From: an uncultured Trueperaceae bacterium
Lineage (GTDB): Bacteria > Deinococcota > Deinococci > Deinococcales > Trueperaceae
Reading direction: 5' to 3'
Length of the DNA stretch: 64,000 bases
NCBI GenBank assembly: GCA_963727505.1
Contig: CAVSGP010000002.1
Coordinates: forward strand, 64,001 to 128,000
The notes beneath the pieces are model-generated. The model did no database searches. It was not told where the DNA came from and worked only from the letters and a program-made list of their open reading frames with translations. Every line of letters begins with the position of its first letter. Position 1 is the first letter of the stretch. Positions 1 to 10,227 of the stretch are shown here, piece by piece. The position numbers and the translations under genes are program-made.

Positions 1-174
1 GAGCATGTCGTCGGTCATGCCCGACAGCATCAGCGAGAGGGGGCCGCTGAGCTCGCCGAAGGGGCCGGCCTCCAGCGCGTCGAGACGCCGTTCGAGGCCC
101 TCCATCTTGCCGAGGATCAGGTCGAGCTTCTCGGACAGCCCGGCGTCGGCGGAAAGGGTGGTTTCGTTCGCCAT
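1..174 (-). CDS. Partial (runs off window) helical protein, probably DUF1641-like, last visible gene of the SQR operon
   Basis: ATG at 174 preceded by GAGGAGG; reads MANETTLSADAGLSEKLDLILGKMEGLERRLDALE...; DUF1641 is suggested only by its usual position after SQR. Confidence 0.5.
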   Translation of the reverse strand, partial: MANETTLSADAGLSEKLDLILGKMEGLERRLDALEAGPFGELSGPLSLMLSGMTDDML

Positions 175-185
175 GGCCGCCTCCT

Positions 186-1325
186 CTACAGCGCGCCCTT
201 GGCTGTGAGCCAGTAGGCGTTGTTGTAGGCGAGCTTGGCCCAATGGATCATCTTGGTCGGGGGCTGCACCTGGGGAGGCCGGGCGTAGTTGAACTCGATG
301 AAGGTGGCGCTGTCCAGGCCCGCCTCGATGAAGCAGATGGTCTTGCCGTCGTAGCGGGCGACGGGGCCGGAGCCATGCACGCGGGCCGCGACGTTCTTGG
401 CCAGCGTGGCGGACTGGTAGTGGGCCACGGAGCCGGCCTTCGAGACCGGCAGGCCGGTGGTGTCGCCCAGGGCCCAGATGCCCTCCTGGCCCTTGACGGC
501 GAGCGTGGCGCGATCGGTGGGCACCCAGCCCGCCTCGGTCAACCCGGATTCTTCCAGGTAGGCGGCGCTGCGGTGCTCGGGGATGGCGATCAGGATGTCG
601 AACTCCAGCTCGGTGCCTTCCATGCTCTTGAGCACCTTGGCCTCGGGATCGACCGACTCGGCGTTGAAGAACGTCTCGATGCGGACGTCGCGCTTCTGCA
701 GCTCGGGCGTCGCCCACTCTGCCAAGGAAGCGATGGAGTGGCTGCGGTTGATCGGGTAGGTGTAGGCCAGTTCCACCTTGTCGCGGCGGCCGCGGCTCTC
801 GAGCCACTGATCGAGCATGAACGTGATCTCGAGGGGCGCTACCGGGCACATGTGCGGGATACCGACCACCGACACCACGATGCGGCCCTGCTCGAGGGCC
901 TCGAGCTTGTCGTGCAGACGCTGCGCGCCCTGCTCGTCGTAGAACCAGTCGCCGGCCTCGGCGAGGCCCGGCGTGGCGGCCGGGTCGATCTGCGTGCCCG
1001 AGGCGATGACGAGCTGGTCGAAGGGGTGGCTGCCGCCGCCCTCGACCATCACCTGGCGCTGTTCGGTATCGACCTTGGTGACGCGCTCGATCCTGACGTC
1101 GACGTACGGGCTGACGAGCCCGCGCACGGGACGGCGGATGTGCTCGGGCGACTCAAGGCCGAACGCCAGATAGAGGAAGCCGGGCTTGTAGACCTGATCC
1201 GGCTTGTCCGTGATGAGCGTGACCTGGACCTCGCCGCGGCGCAGTTCCTCTGCAAGATGCTCGGCGAGGTGGTTGGCCGTGATGGTGCCGCCGGGCCCCC
1301 CTCCGATGATGACGATCCGGTGCAT
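186..1325 (-). CDS. sqr: Sulfide:quinone oxidoreductase-like FAD-dependent oxidoreductase
   Basis: N-terminal GGGPGG dinucleotide motif, YKPG, CPVAPLE redox Cys motif, ALGD, KAGS, C-terminal Cys (TICFIE); GGAGG RBS. Confidence 0.8.
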   Translation of the reverse strand: MHRIVIIGGGPGGTITANHLAEHLAEELRRGEVQVTLITDKPDQVYKPGFLYLAFGLESPEHIRRPVRGLVSPYVDVRIERVTKVDTEQRQVMVEGGGSHPFDQLVIASGTQIDPAATPGLAEAGDWFYDEQGAQRLHDKLEALEQGRIVVSVVGIPHMCPVAPLEITFMLDQWLESRGRRDKVELAYTYPINRSHSIASLAEWATPELQKRDVRIETFFNAESVDPEAKVLKSMEGTELEFDILIAIPEHRSAAYLEESGLTEAGWVPTDRATLAVKGQEGIWALGDTTGLPVSKAGSVAHYQSATLAKNVAARVHGSGPVARYDGKTICFIEAGLDSATFIEFNYARPPQVQPPTKMIHWAKLAYNNAYWLTAKGAL

Positions 1326-1404
1326 GATTGCCTCCTGGGAGCGTCGCGGATCGGGCCGCCGCGAGCGGCGGCCGGGTCCGGAACGATTCCGCGCTTATGC
1401 AGCG

Positions 1405-1644
1405 CTACTTGGTCTTGCGTACGACGAAGCGGTGGTATTCGCCGTGATCTTCGTTGGCCACCAGCTCGTAGCCGATCTTGTCGACCCAGTCGGGGATGTC
1501 CTTGTTGGAGCCGGGATCGGACGAGAGCACGGCGACGTTGTCGCCGACCGTGGACGCCTTGATGCCGCGGATCAACTCCATGAGCGGGCCGGGGCAGGCG
1601 CTTCCGCGCGCGTCGATCTCCTGCTTGACAGCGGTATCAGCCAT
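1405..1644 (-). CDS. tusA: TusA/SirA-family sulfurtransferase
   Basis: IDARGSACPGP motif, 79 aa; start re-set to MADTAV after AGAGGA RBS. Confidence 0.88.
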   Translation of the reverse strand: MADTAVKQEIDARGSACPGPLMELIRGIKASTVGDNVAVLSSDPGSNKDIPDWVDKIGYELVANEDHGEYHRFVVRKTK

Positions 1645-1681
1645 GATGTGCTTTCCTCTCCTCGAATGCGAGTCCGTGGAC

Positions 1682-2101
1682 TCAGAAGACCAGGACCTCG
1701 GCGCCGTCGCACATGGAGATGAACCCGGCAACGCCCTTCTCGCCGTCGACGATGTCTTCGAGGTCTTCCATCTTCATGCCGAACATGTCCTGCGTCATGC
1801 TGCACGAGTAGACCTTGATGTCGCCCAGTTCCTTGGCGGTCTCCAGGGTCTTCATCCAGGGGTTGATGCCCATGGCCTGCATGCGTTCCTGCATCATGGG
1901 GCCGAACTCCTGGTACTCCGCCGGCAACCGCTGCTGGGACGGGTCCTGCCAGGCGCCCTTCTTGAAGGCCATCAGGCCCCAGAAGGTCACGAACAGGGTG
2001 ACCTCCTTGCCCATGGCAACGGCGCCGGACACGATCGTGGCCATCGCCAGCAGTTTGTCGACCGTGCCGCTCATGACGATGATGTTGAGCTTGTCCTTCA
2101 T
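1682..2101 (-). CDS. DsrE/DsrF-like (DsrE2-type) sulfur carrier
   Basis: LFVTFWGL and YSCSMT motifs, GVAGF C-terminus; start re-set to MKDKLN. Confidence 0.82.
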   Translation of the reverse strand: MKDKLNIIVMSGTVDKLLAMATIVSGAVAMGKEVTLFVTFWGLMAFKKGAWQDPSQQRLPAEYQEFGPMMQERMQAMGINPWMKTLETAKELGDIKVYSCSMTQDMFGMKMEDLEDIVDGEKGVAGFISMCDGAEVLVF

Positions 2102-2167
2102 GGTTCCTCGCCTCCACCCGTCCCCGTGGATATGGTCGGGGACCGGGACGTTTCCTTCGTGCCTGAC

Positions 2168-2186
2168 AATATCCCCAGGGGGTTTG
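2168..2186. promoter_or_regulatory. Candidate CsoR/CstR-type operator upstream of the sulfur operon
   Basis: AATATCCCCAGGGGGTTTG: C-tract/G-tract flanked by AT bases, overlapping a minus-strand TATTGT -10-like hexamer. Confidence 0.45.
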
Positions 2187-2259
2187 TGAACCAATGGACA
2201 AATGCCCTGGAAGCCGTGAAGCCCCGTCCCCGGCGCGCCTATCGCGTACACTCGACGGC

Positions 2260-3303
2260 ATGATTCCCGTGTTCGACGGTCACAACGACACCCTGCTCAT
2301 GCACCTGGAGCACCCCGACCGCGACTTCTTCGAGCGGCACGACGACGGTCACGTCGATTACCCGCGCGCGCAGGAGGGCGGGTTCGCGGGCGGCTTCTTC
2401 GCGATGTTCCCGCCGACGCTGCCCGGGAGCGAGCCCTTCATGAACCGGCGTGAGACCGCCGCCGGCGGCTTCGTGACACCCCCCGCCCCGCCCGTGGACG
2501 AGCTCCATGCCGTGCATGCGGCGAACCGGATGTTCGCCATCCTCTACCGGCTGGCTGCGGGCGGCCGCATGCGCCTGGTGACCACCGCCGAGGAGCTGCA
2601 GCGCAGCATCGAGGGGGGCGTACTGGCCGCCATCGCGCATTTCGAAGGGGCCGAGGCCATCGACAGCGAGCTGGCCGCACTCGACATCTACTACCGCGCC
2701 GGGCTGCGCTCGCTGGGCATCGTCTGGAGCCGCGCCAACGCCTTCGGCCACGGCGTGCCCTTCAGCTTCCCCAGCAGCCCCGATACCGGCCCCGGCCTGA
2801 CCGCCCTGGGGCGACGGCTGGTGGAGCGCTGCAACGAGCTGGGCATCATGATCGACCTCTCGCACATCACCGAGCGCGGCTTCTGGGACGTCGCCGAGCT
2901 GAGTCGGGCTCCCCTGGTCGCCACCCACTCGAACGCGCACGCCGTATGCCCCAGTCCCCGCAACCTCACCGACGCGCAGCTCGAAGCGGTAGCCGCCTCG
3001 GACGGCATGGTCGGGCTCAACTTCGCGGTCGGCTTCCTCGATCCCGACGGCGGACACGACACCGACATCGGTCTCGACGTGATGGTGCGACACATCGACC
3101 ACCTGGTGGACAAGCTCGGCGTCACCCGCGTGGGCCTGGGATCGGACTTCGACGGGGCCCGCATCCCTGCCGAGGTAGGCGATGTCGCCGGCGTCCAGCG
3201 CCTGCTCGAGGCGCTCTCCGAGCACGGCTACGACGACGATGCGCTGCGCAAGATCGCCTACCAGAACTGGCTGCGCGTGCTTCGCAGCACCTGGAAGGGT
3301 TGA
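2260..3303 (+). CDS. Membrane dipeptidase (peptidase M19)
   Basis: FDGHND, IDLSH, ATHSN, GLGSDFDG motifs; leaderless TACACT 7 nt upstream. Confidence 0.9.
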   Translation: MIPVFDGHNDTLLMHLEHPDRDFFERHDDGHVDYPRAQEGGFAGGFFAMFPPTLPGSEPFMNRRETAAGGFVTPPAPPVDELHAVHAANRMFAILYRLAAGGRMRLVTTAEELQRSIEGGVLAAIAHFEGAEAIDSELAALDIYYRAGLRSLGIVWSRANAFGHGVPFSFPSSPDTGPGLTALGRRLVERCNELGIMIDLSHITERGFWDVAELSRAPLVATHSNAHAVCPSPRNLTDAQLEAVAASDGMVGLNFAVGFLDPDGGHDTDIGLDVMVRHIDHLVDKLGVTRVGLGSDFDGARIPAEVGDVAGVQRLLEALSEHGYDDDALRKIAYQNWLRVLRSTWKG

Positions 3304-3327
3304 CGCGGGGGCCGTGACGGGATCGGC

Positions 3328-3792
3328 ATGACGCTGGAGGCGGCCCGGGCGTTGGCTACGGGCCTGATGGCACACCACGGCCTGCGGGACTGGAGCTTCG
3401 CGTTCGACCGGGCCCGCAAGCGGCTCGGGTCCTGCCAGCCCTCGCGGCGGCGCATCACCCTGTCGGCAACGCTGACGCGCCTCAACGACGAGGACGTCGT
3501 GCGCGACACCATCTTGCACGAGATCGCCCACGCTCTGACGCCGGGTGACGGCCACGGTGCACGCTGGCGCGCCACCTGCCGCCGACTCGGGGCCAGACCC
3601 CAACGGCTCGTGCCCTCACACGAGGTCGTGCTGCCACCAGCACCCCACGCGCTGGTCTGCGACCGCTGCGGCGGTCGCTACCCGCGTTATCGCCGGAGCC
3701 GGCTGCGCTATGCCTGCGGACGCTGCCGGGCGGAAGCCGGCGTCGAGTCACCGCTACGCTGGACGAGCACTCGGGCCCCCGAAGGCCGCTAG
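3328..3792 (+). CDS. SprT-like zinc metalloprotease
   Basis: HEIAH...GHG..W motif, C-terminal CxxC...CxxC zinc ribbon. Confidence 0.85.
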   Translation: MTLEAARALATGLMAHHGLRDWSFAFDRARKRLGSCQPSRRRITLSATLTRLNDEDVVRDTILHEIAHALTPGDGHGARWRATCRRLGARPQRLVPSHEVVLPPAPHALVCDRCGGRYPRYRRSRLRYACGRCRAEAGVESPLRWTSTRAPEGR

Positions 3793-6242
3793 CCGAACTC
3801 GCCCACCTTCAGCGCGGAGAGTCGGGAGGGAACGTCCTCGGCCGGCATCGGTCGCGCCAGGTAGAAACCCTGCACAGCATCGCAGCCCACACGCCTTAGG
3901 GCCTCGAGCTGCTGCGGCGTCTCCACCCCCTCCGCGACCACACTGGCGCCCAGACTGCGCCCCAGCGAGACGACGGCAGCCAGGATGCCCTCGTCGGCCG
4001 CCGACGCCGCCGTGCCCAGGCGGCGCACGAAGCTGCGGTCGAGCTTGATGGCATCGAACGGCAGGTCCCGAAGGTAGGCCAGCGAGGCGTATCCGGTGCC
4101 GAAGTCGTCGAGGGTCACCCGCGCGCCCAGCGCGCGGAGCTCCTCGAGCACCTCGGCGCCGCGGCGGGCATCCAGCATGGCTGCGGTCTCGGTGATCTCG
4201 AACTCGAAGCGCTGGGGCGGCACACCGCACGACCGCAGGACCTCACGCACCTCGTCGACCAGCACGGTGGAGCGCAGCTGCACCGGCGACAGGTTGACCG
4301 CCACCCGCTCCACGTCGACCCCCAGGTCGATCCAGGTACGGAGCTGGGCGCACGCCTGCCGCAACACCTGCAGGCCCAGCTCACGGATCATGCCGGTCTC
4401 CTCCGCCAGGGGGATGAAGGCGTCCGGCGCCAGCAACCCCCGCACGGGGTGGCGCCAGCGCGCCAGCGCCTCCACCCCTAGCGCGCGCCCCGTCGCGAGC
4501 CCCACCATCGGCTGGTAGTGGAGCACGAGCTGGTCCGAGCCGAGCGCCATCCTCAGCTCGCTCTCCAGCGCGAACCGTTCACGCGCGCGCACGTCCATCG
4601 CCGGCGTGAAGAAGGCGAAGGCGGCGCCGCCCTGGGAGCGGGCGCGCGCCAGCGCCAGCGAGGCGTGCTTGAGCAGGTCGGCTGGCCGCTCGGCGTGGTC
4701 GGGAAAGACCGCGATGCCCAGGCGCGGGCGCAGTGACACGGCGCGCCCCGCCACCTCCACCGGTTCCTCGAGCGCACCCAGAAGACGCGCTGCCACCTCA
4801 GCAGCGTCGACCGCCTGCGACAGCGGCCCGGTCACCACCGCGAACTCGTCACGCGTCAGGCGCGCGACCGCCCCCTCGTCGTCCAACGCCACCGCCAGTC
4901 GGCGCCCCGCCAGCCGCAGCAGCTCGTCGCCGGCCTCGGCCCCGAGGCCGTCCTGGAGGAGCTGGAATCCCTGCAGGTCGAGCACCAGCACGGCCGAGCG
5001 GCGGCCGTCCACGCGGCGGGCCGCGAGCGCGGCGACCAGACGGTCCACGAAACCGGCACGGTTGAGTAGGTCGGTGAGCGCGTCATGGTTGGTGAGGTAC
5101 TCGAGCTGGGCCGACATCATGCGCCGCTCGGTGATGTCGTCCGACACCTTCAGGTACTGCTGAACGCGGCCGCCCTCGTCGGTGACCGCCGTGATCTGCG
5201 CGCGTTCCCAGGTGCTGCCGCCCGCCCTGGTGCGGTTGACGAAATCGCCCCTCCACACGCCGTCACGCCGCACCACCTCGGCGATGTCACGGAGTTTGGG
5301 GTTGTCGGCGCCGGGCGCGGCGAACTCCCCGACGTTGCGGCCGACCACCTCCTCCTTGCCGAAGCCGGTGACCTCGCTGAAGCGACGGTTGGCGTAGCGG
5401 ATGCGCCCCTCGGCGTCGGTCAGGAGGACGGTGCTTGAGCCCTGCTCGACCGCCTGCCGAAGCTCGCGCAGCTCGTCCACCTGACGCTTCTGCTGCGTCA
5501 CGTCCCGCACCTGGACCTTCAGGTAGACCTCGCCGCCGATGTCGAGGCGCGACAGATGCACCTCGGAATCGAACGCCGTGCCGTCGGGGCGCAGATGGAC
5601 CCACCCGAAGTGCTGCTCCTCGCCCGCCAGAGCGGCCTGCATCCGCACCTCCGACGCAGCGCGCGACTCCTGTCCGTCCGGCTGATAGGGGGGCGACAGC
5701 TCGTAAGGGTGACGCCCCAGGAAGCGCTCGCGCGTTAGGCCGAACACGTCGGCGGTGCGGCTGTTGCACTCCACGAACCGGTTCCTCTGCATGAGCCCGA
5801 TCGCGTCGTAGGCGTTCTCGAACAGCGCCCGGAACTTCTCCTCGGCCCTGAGCAGGCTGGAGAAGGCGCTCCGGTCACCGGTCACGTCGGCTACCAGCAC
5901 CAGGCGCGCCGGCGCCCCGCGCAAGCGCACGGCGAAGACGCTCACCACCGCGTCGAAGACAGTCCCGTCCTTACGCAGGTGGCGGAAGGTGCCCGGCACC
6001 ACGTACGGAGGCTCGCGCCCGGCGCGGGCGGTGAGCATCCGTTCCGCTTCCTCCGCGGGCCGGATGTCGAGCAGGGTCAACGACGTGAACTCGTCCTCGG
6101 GGTAACCGTAATGGGTCACGGCCGCCGCGTTGACGGCCAGGATCCTCAGGGTGTCCGGCTCGTAGACCAACATCGGTTGGGGATGCGAGCGGAAGAACGC
6201 GGTGGCACCGCTTCCCTTCTCCGCCCCTGCCCAGTCCACCAT
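3789..6242 (-). CDS. Triple-PAS / degenerate GGDEF / EAL c-di-GMP phosphodiesterase
   Basis: Three PAS-like repeats; [15 protein letters not shown] in place of GGDEF; EALARW, EITE, DDFGTGY, KLD, EGVE, QG. Confidence 0.88.
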   Translation of the reverse strand: MVDWAGAEKGSGATAFFRSHPQPMLVYEPDTLRILAVNAAAVTHYGYPEDEFTSLTLLDIRPAEEAERMLTARAGREPPYVVPGTFRHLRKDGTVFDAVVSVFAVRLRGAPARLVLVADVTGDRSAFSSLLRAEEKFRALFENAYDAIGLMQRNRFVECNSRTADVFGLTRERFLGRHPYELSPPYQPDGQESRAASEVRMQAALAGEEQHFGWVHLRPDGTAFDSEVHLSRLDIGGEVYLKVQVRDVTQQKRQVDELRELRQAVEQGSSTVLLTDAEGRIRYANRRFSEVTGFGKEEVVGRNVGEFAAPGADNPKLRDIAEVVRRDGVWRGDFVNRTRAGGSTWERAQITAVTDEGGRVQQYLKVSDDITERRMMSAQLEYLTNHDALTDLLNRAGFVDRLVAALAARRVDGRRSAVLVLDLQGFQLLQDGLGAEAGDELLRLAGRRLAVALDDEGAVARLTRDEFAVVTGPLSQAVDAAEVAARLLGALEEPVEVAGRAVSLRPRLGIAVFPDHAERPADLLKHASLALARARSQGGAAFAFFTPAMDVRARERFALESELRMALGSDQLVLHYQPMVGLATGRALGVEALARWRHPVRGLLAPDAFIPLAEETGMIRELGLQVLRQACAQLRTWIDLGVDVERVAVNLSPVQLRSTVLVDEVREVLRSCGVPPQRFEFEITETAAMLDARRGAEVLEELRALGARVTLDDFGTGYASLAYLRDLPFDAIKLDRSFVRRLGTAASAADEGILAAVVSLGRSLGASVVAEGVETPQQLEALRRVGCDAVQGFYLARPMPAEDVPSRLSALKVGEFG

Positions 6243-6370
6243 CGCTCGCCGCCTCGCTCGCGCCTTCGCGTTCCCAGCTCGCGTCGGCTCCCCCGGCCCA
6301 CGACGGTCCCATGCGCGCAGCAGTTCGGGGTGATTCTATCCGACGCAACGGGCACCCGGAGGGGCGCCGC

Positions 6371-7555
6371 TCACCCCCTGCGAAGGGTCTCCGGCACCCG
6401 GTAGGCGAAGACCAGCGCGGCGCCCACCCCCACGACAGCGATGGCCACGGCCGCCATCCCGAGATCCAGGGCCTCGGCCACAACACCGACCAGCAGCGGC
6501 CCGCCGCTCGATCCCGCATCCCCCACCAGGCGCCACACGCCCAGGAACTCGCCCAGCGCCTCGCGCGGCGCCAGGTCCGAGCCCAGCGTCATCATGGTGC
6601 CCGCGCTGAGGCCGTTGCCGAATCCGAGCCCCACGGCGACGGCCAGCAGCGCCATGAACCCGTGCGTCAGGGGCACCAGCGCCAGCCCCACGGACTGGAG
6701 CAGGAAGCTGGGGACGATGGCGAACTTCCTGCCCCGGCGGTCCATCAACCACCCCGCCGGATAGAACAGCGTCAGGTCGGCGAAGGCTGAGGCGGAGAGG
6801 ATGAGTCCGACCGCGCCGACGTCGAGCCCCAACACCTGGCTGGCATACAGCGGCAACAGCACCTTGCGCCCGGCCCGCAGGGTCTGCGCCATGAGCTGTG
6901 CCAGCCCTGCGGTCGACAGCACCGCAGCGAAGCGACCTACGGTGGCGAGGCGCGGCGCTGCTCCGGGGGGCGGCAGTTGCGGGGAGGTGGTGGGTACGAA
7001 GCGCGCCACGCCGAGCAGTGCCGCCGCAACCACCGCCGCGTAGAGCACGAAGGGCGCCCGCAGGCCCAACGCCGCCGCCAGCAGGCCGCCGACCGCCGGA
7101 CCCACGAAAGCGCCCGCACGGCTGACGCCACCGAAGGCCGAGATCGCCCGCCCACGCCTACCGTCACGGGTGGACTCCGTGAGGAAGGCGTGGCGCGAGA
7201 GGTTGAACAGCGCCAGCCCGAAGCCCGACAGCAGCCGCAGGCCGATGACCAGCACTACGCTGTGCGCGAGGACCAGCAAGAGCACGGACACCGCGACCAG
7301 CGCCAAGCCACCGAGCATGACGGTCTTTTCGCTGAAGCGTCCCACGAGCACCCCGGCGGGAATATCGGCGAGCAGCGTACCGATGGCCTCGGCTCCCAGC
7401 ACCACCCCCACCACGCCCAGCGAGGCGTGCAGGCTGCTGGCGAACAGCGGCAGCGTTGGGACGAGCAGGCCGTTGCAGAACGACAACAGAAGCGCGGGCA
7501 GGTAGACGGCGGTGATCACGTCGATCCGGATGCGCCGCGCGACGTGACCCTGCAA
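6371..7555 (-). CDS. MFS transporter
   Basis: About 12 hydrophobic segments, GWLMDRRGRK motif A; start uncertain (TTG 7555 or GTG 7519). Confidence 0.8.
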   Translation of the reverse strand: MQGHVARRIRIDVITAVYLPALLLSFCNGLLVPTLPLFASSLHASLGVVGVVLGAEAIGTLLADIPAGVLVGRFSEKTVMLGGLALVAVSVLLLVLAHSVVLVIGLRLLSGFGLALFNLSRHAFLTESTRDGRRGRAISAFGGVSRAGAFVGPAVGGLLAAALGLRAPFVLYAAVVAAALLGVARFVPTTSPQLPPPGAAPRLATVGRFAAVLSTAGLAQLMAQTLRAGRKVLLPLYASQVLGLDVGAVGLILSASAFADLTLFYPAGWLMDRRGRKFAIVPSFLLQSVGLALVPLTHGFMALLAVAVGLGFGNGLSAGTMMTLGSDLAPREALGEFLGVWRLVGDAGSSGGPLLVGVVAEALDLGMAAVAIAVVGVGAALVFAYRVPETLRRG

Positions 7556-7696
7556 CGCGACGACGGAGAAGAGTCTACCCCCGCGGCGGAGGCACGCCGC
7601 CCCTCGTCGCGCGATGGGACGGACACGGGATCGCTCGGGCGACACCCGTATGCTGGGCCCGGGCGCCGGGCCGGCGCCCGGGGGAGGAGGAACCCG

Positions 7697-9721
7697 GTGG
7701 ACCGCCCCACGGGGCTGCTGCCACGTCTCCTGGCGCCGCTGCTTCCTGGACACCGCTCCGGCGAGACCATCGCCTTGATCCTGACGGCCATCGTGGTGGG
7801 CTTGCTCACCGGCCTGGCAGCGGTCGGGTTCGACCTGCTGGTGCGCGCCGCCGGCAAGGCCCTGGTCGACCTTCCCGCCCTGCTCGGCGTTGTGCCCGGC
7901 GCCATCGCGACGGTGCTCGTCCCCACCCTCGGCGGGCTGCTGGTCGCCCCGATCGTCGTCCGCTGGGCACCCGACACACGCGGCTCCGGCATCCCGGCCG
8001 TGATGTATGCCGTGTCCAACCTGGGGGGGCGCGTGTCGCGGGCGCTGGCGTTCTGGCGACCACTGGCCACCACGGTGTCGATCGCCAGCGGAGCTTCGCT
8101 CGGCAGCGAAGGCCCGGTGGTGCAGATGGGCGCCTCGCTGGCCTCGATCCTCGCCGGCCCGCTGGGGCTCAACGCCGAACGGCGCCGCACCCTGGTGGCG
8201 GTAGCCGCCGCGGGCGGCATCGCGGCCACCTTCAACGTCCCCATCGCGGGCGTGCTCTTCGCGGTCGAGGTCATCCTGGGCGAGTTCCAGGCTCGGAACT
8301 TCGCTTCCATCGTGATCGGTGCGGTCAGCGCCACCGCGGTGTCGCGCACCCTCCTGGGCGACGCGCCCGGCTTCGCGGTGCCGAACTTCCAGCTCGGCTC
8401 GGCGGTCGAGTTGCCGTTGTACTTCGCGCTCGGCATCCTCACCGCCGCCGCGGCGGTCGGCTTCAACCAGGCGCTGGTGTCCTCGGAGAACCTCATCAAC
8501 GGGTTGCGCCTGCCCCCGATGCTACGGCCGGCCTTCGGGGGACTGGTGGTCGGGCTGCTGGCCGTCGCCTTCCCCGAGGTGCTGGGGCGCGGGTACGACG
8601 AGATCGGACGTGTCCTGCAAGGGAGCGCGGGCCCGGCGCTGCTCCTGCTCGGGCTGGCGTTCGCGAAGACCGCAGCCACCGGCGCGTCCTTCGGCTCCTG
8701 GGGGTCGGGGGGCGTGTTCGCGCCGGTGCTGTTCGTAGGCGCGGCGCTGGGCTCGGCCTTCGGTCAGGCCAGCGAGCAGGTGTTCCCGTCGCTGGTGCAT
8801 CACTACGGCGCGTTCGCGCTGGTGGGTATGGCGGGCCTGCTCTCGGGGGTGACGCGCGCGCCGATGAGCAGCATCGTGATGGTGTTCGAGATGTCGGGCA
8901 GTTACGCGCTGATCTTGCCGCTGTTGCTGGCGGCCGTGATCTCCACGCTCACGGCCGACCTGTTCCGGCAGGAGTCGATCTACGAGCGCATCCTCTCGCG
9001 GCACGGCCGCTCGCTGTTCCGCCTGCGCGAGATCGACCTGCTACAGACGGTACAGGTCCGGGAGGTCATGGATCCCGATGTGCCGGCACTCTTCGACGAC
9101 CAGACGATGGCCGAAATGGCCGAGCAGACCGCGCGCAGCCACCACCACGGCTTCCTGCTCCGGCGCCGCAACGATCTCGAGCATCTGGTCGGCATCGTCA
9201 CCCTGACCGACCTGGAACGGGCGCGCCAGCAGGGCACGCCGGCCACGACGCCGCTGTCGCAGATCGGTACCCTCGAGGTCGCCACTGCCCTCGCCGACGA
9301 GTCGGCCAGCGAGGTGCTCGAGCGGATGGCCGAGCTGACCATCGCGCGCATGCCGGTGGTCGACCGCCACGACGCGCGCAAGCCGATCGGCTTCGTACGG
9401 CAGGCCGATCTGGCGAAGGCCTACTACCTGGCGCTGGAGCGCGAGCGCCTGCACGAGGAGACGAGCGAGGCCCTGCGACTGCGCGACCTCACCGGCCAGG
9501 AGATCGTGGAGGTGCGGGTACCGAAGGGCTCGCCGCTCGCGGGCCGCCGCCTCGGGGACGCCGACCTGCCGCGCGCCAGCATCGTCGTAGCGGTGCGGCG
9601 TCACGGACGCACCCTGTTCCCGCACGGCGATACCGTACTCGAGGCCGGCGACATGGTCGTGGCCAGCGTCGCCCACGGCCACGCGGGCAGCTTCCGGGAA
9701 CGCTTCCTGGCGCGGCCTTAG
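7697..9721 (+). CDS. ClC-family Cl-/H+ antiporter with CBS pair and C-terminal TrkA-C (RCK_C) domain
   Basis: GSGIP, GSEGP, GVFAP, SIY signatures; CBS region; PHGDTVLEAGD RCK_C tail; GTG start after GGAGG. Confidence 0.88.
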   Translation: MDRPTGLLPRLLAPLLPGHRSGETIALILTAIVVGLLTGLAAVGFDLLVRAAGKALVDLPALLGVVPGAIATVLVPTLGGLLVAPIVVRWAPDTRGSGIPAVMYAVSNLGGRVSRALAFWRPLATTVSIASGASLGSEGPVVQMGASLASILAGPLGLNAERRRTLVAVAAAGGIAATFNVPIAGVLFAVEVILGEFQARNFASIVIGAVSATAVSRTLLGDAPGFAVPNFQLGSAVELPLYFALGILTAAAAVGFNQALVSSENLINGLRLPPMLRPAFGGLVVGLLAVAFPEVLGRGYDEIGRVLQGSAGPALLLLGLAFAKTAATGASFGSWGSGGVFAPVLFVGAALGSAFGQASEQVFPSLVHHYGAFALVGMAGLLSGVTRAPMSSIVMVFEMSGSYALILPLLLAAVISTLTADLFRQESIYERILSRHGRSLFRLREIDLLQTVQVREVMDPDVPALFDDQTMAEMAEQTARSHHHGFLLRRRNDLEHLVGIVTLTDLERARQQGTPATTPLSQIGTLEVATALADESASEVLERMAELTIARMPVVDRHDARKPIGFVRQADLAKAYYLALERERLHEETSEALRLRDLTGQEIVEVRVPKGSPLAGRRLGDADLPRASIVVAVRRHGRTLFPHGDTVLEAGDMVVASVAHGHAGSFRERFLARP

Positions 9722-9796
9722 CCGCTTGCGCGGCAAAGTGATGGGCGCCGCCCCGTCGGCGGCGCCCAACCCCGGAGAGGAGTCCTGAAGCAGCCT

Positions 9797-10090
9797 TCAG
9801 GCCTGCATCGGCCCTTCGGCGCCCGCAGGCAACTGATGCATGATGCGCCGGCTCTCGATGCGAGACGAGTGCCCGCCCCAGCGCACGACGTCCTTGAAGG
9901 ACAGCAGCAGCATGGTGACGACCGCGGTCTGCATCCACGCGTCCTCGCTGTCGCGGATCCGGAGGCGCAGGTGTCCGGCGGCCGCGTCGTACTGCACCTC
10001 GCAGGTCGCCGCTTGCAGGCGGCGCACGAGCTGGCGCAGCCGCTCGGCCGAGCCACCTTCGTGAATCGCAGCCAGGTATTCGTAGTGCAT
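9797..10090 (-). CDS. Hypothetical protein (~97 aa)
   Basis: GGAGG RBS before MHYEYL; genome-like codon usage; no recognisable motif. Confidence 0.55.
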   Translation of the reverse strand: MHYEYLAAIHEGGSAERLRQLVRRLQAATCEVQYDAAAGHLRLRIRDSEDAWMQTAVVTMLLLSFKDVVRWGGHSSRIESRRIMHQLPAGAEGPMQA

Positions 10091-10227
10091 CCCAGACCTC
10101 CGAGACCGATCACGACGTGCATCGACGACCGTCCGACGCATAGCGGGCTTGCGCCCAGCCTAGGTTCGGCGGCTCGGGAGGGGCCAGGGCCAATTGTCCT
10201 TTCGCGGTCGGGCTCGAGCTCGGTCCG

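Noticed and set aside
6977..7753. Long N-terminal extensions making the MFS and ClC genes overlap
   Set aside because: RBS and -10 evidence place the starts near 7555 (-) and 7697 (+), leaving a normal divergent gap.
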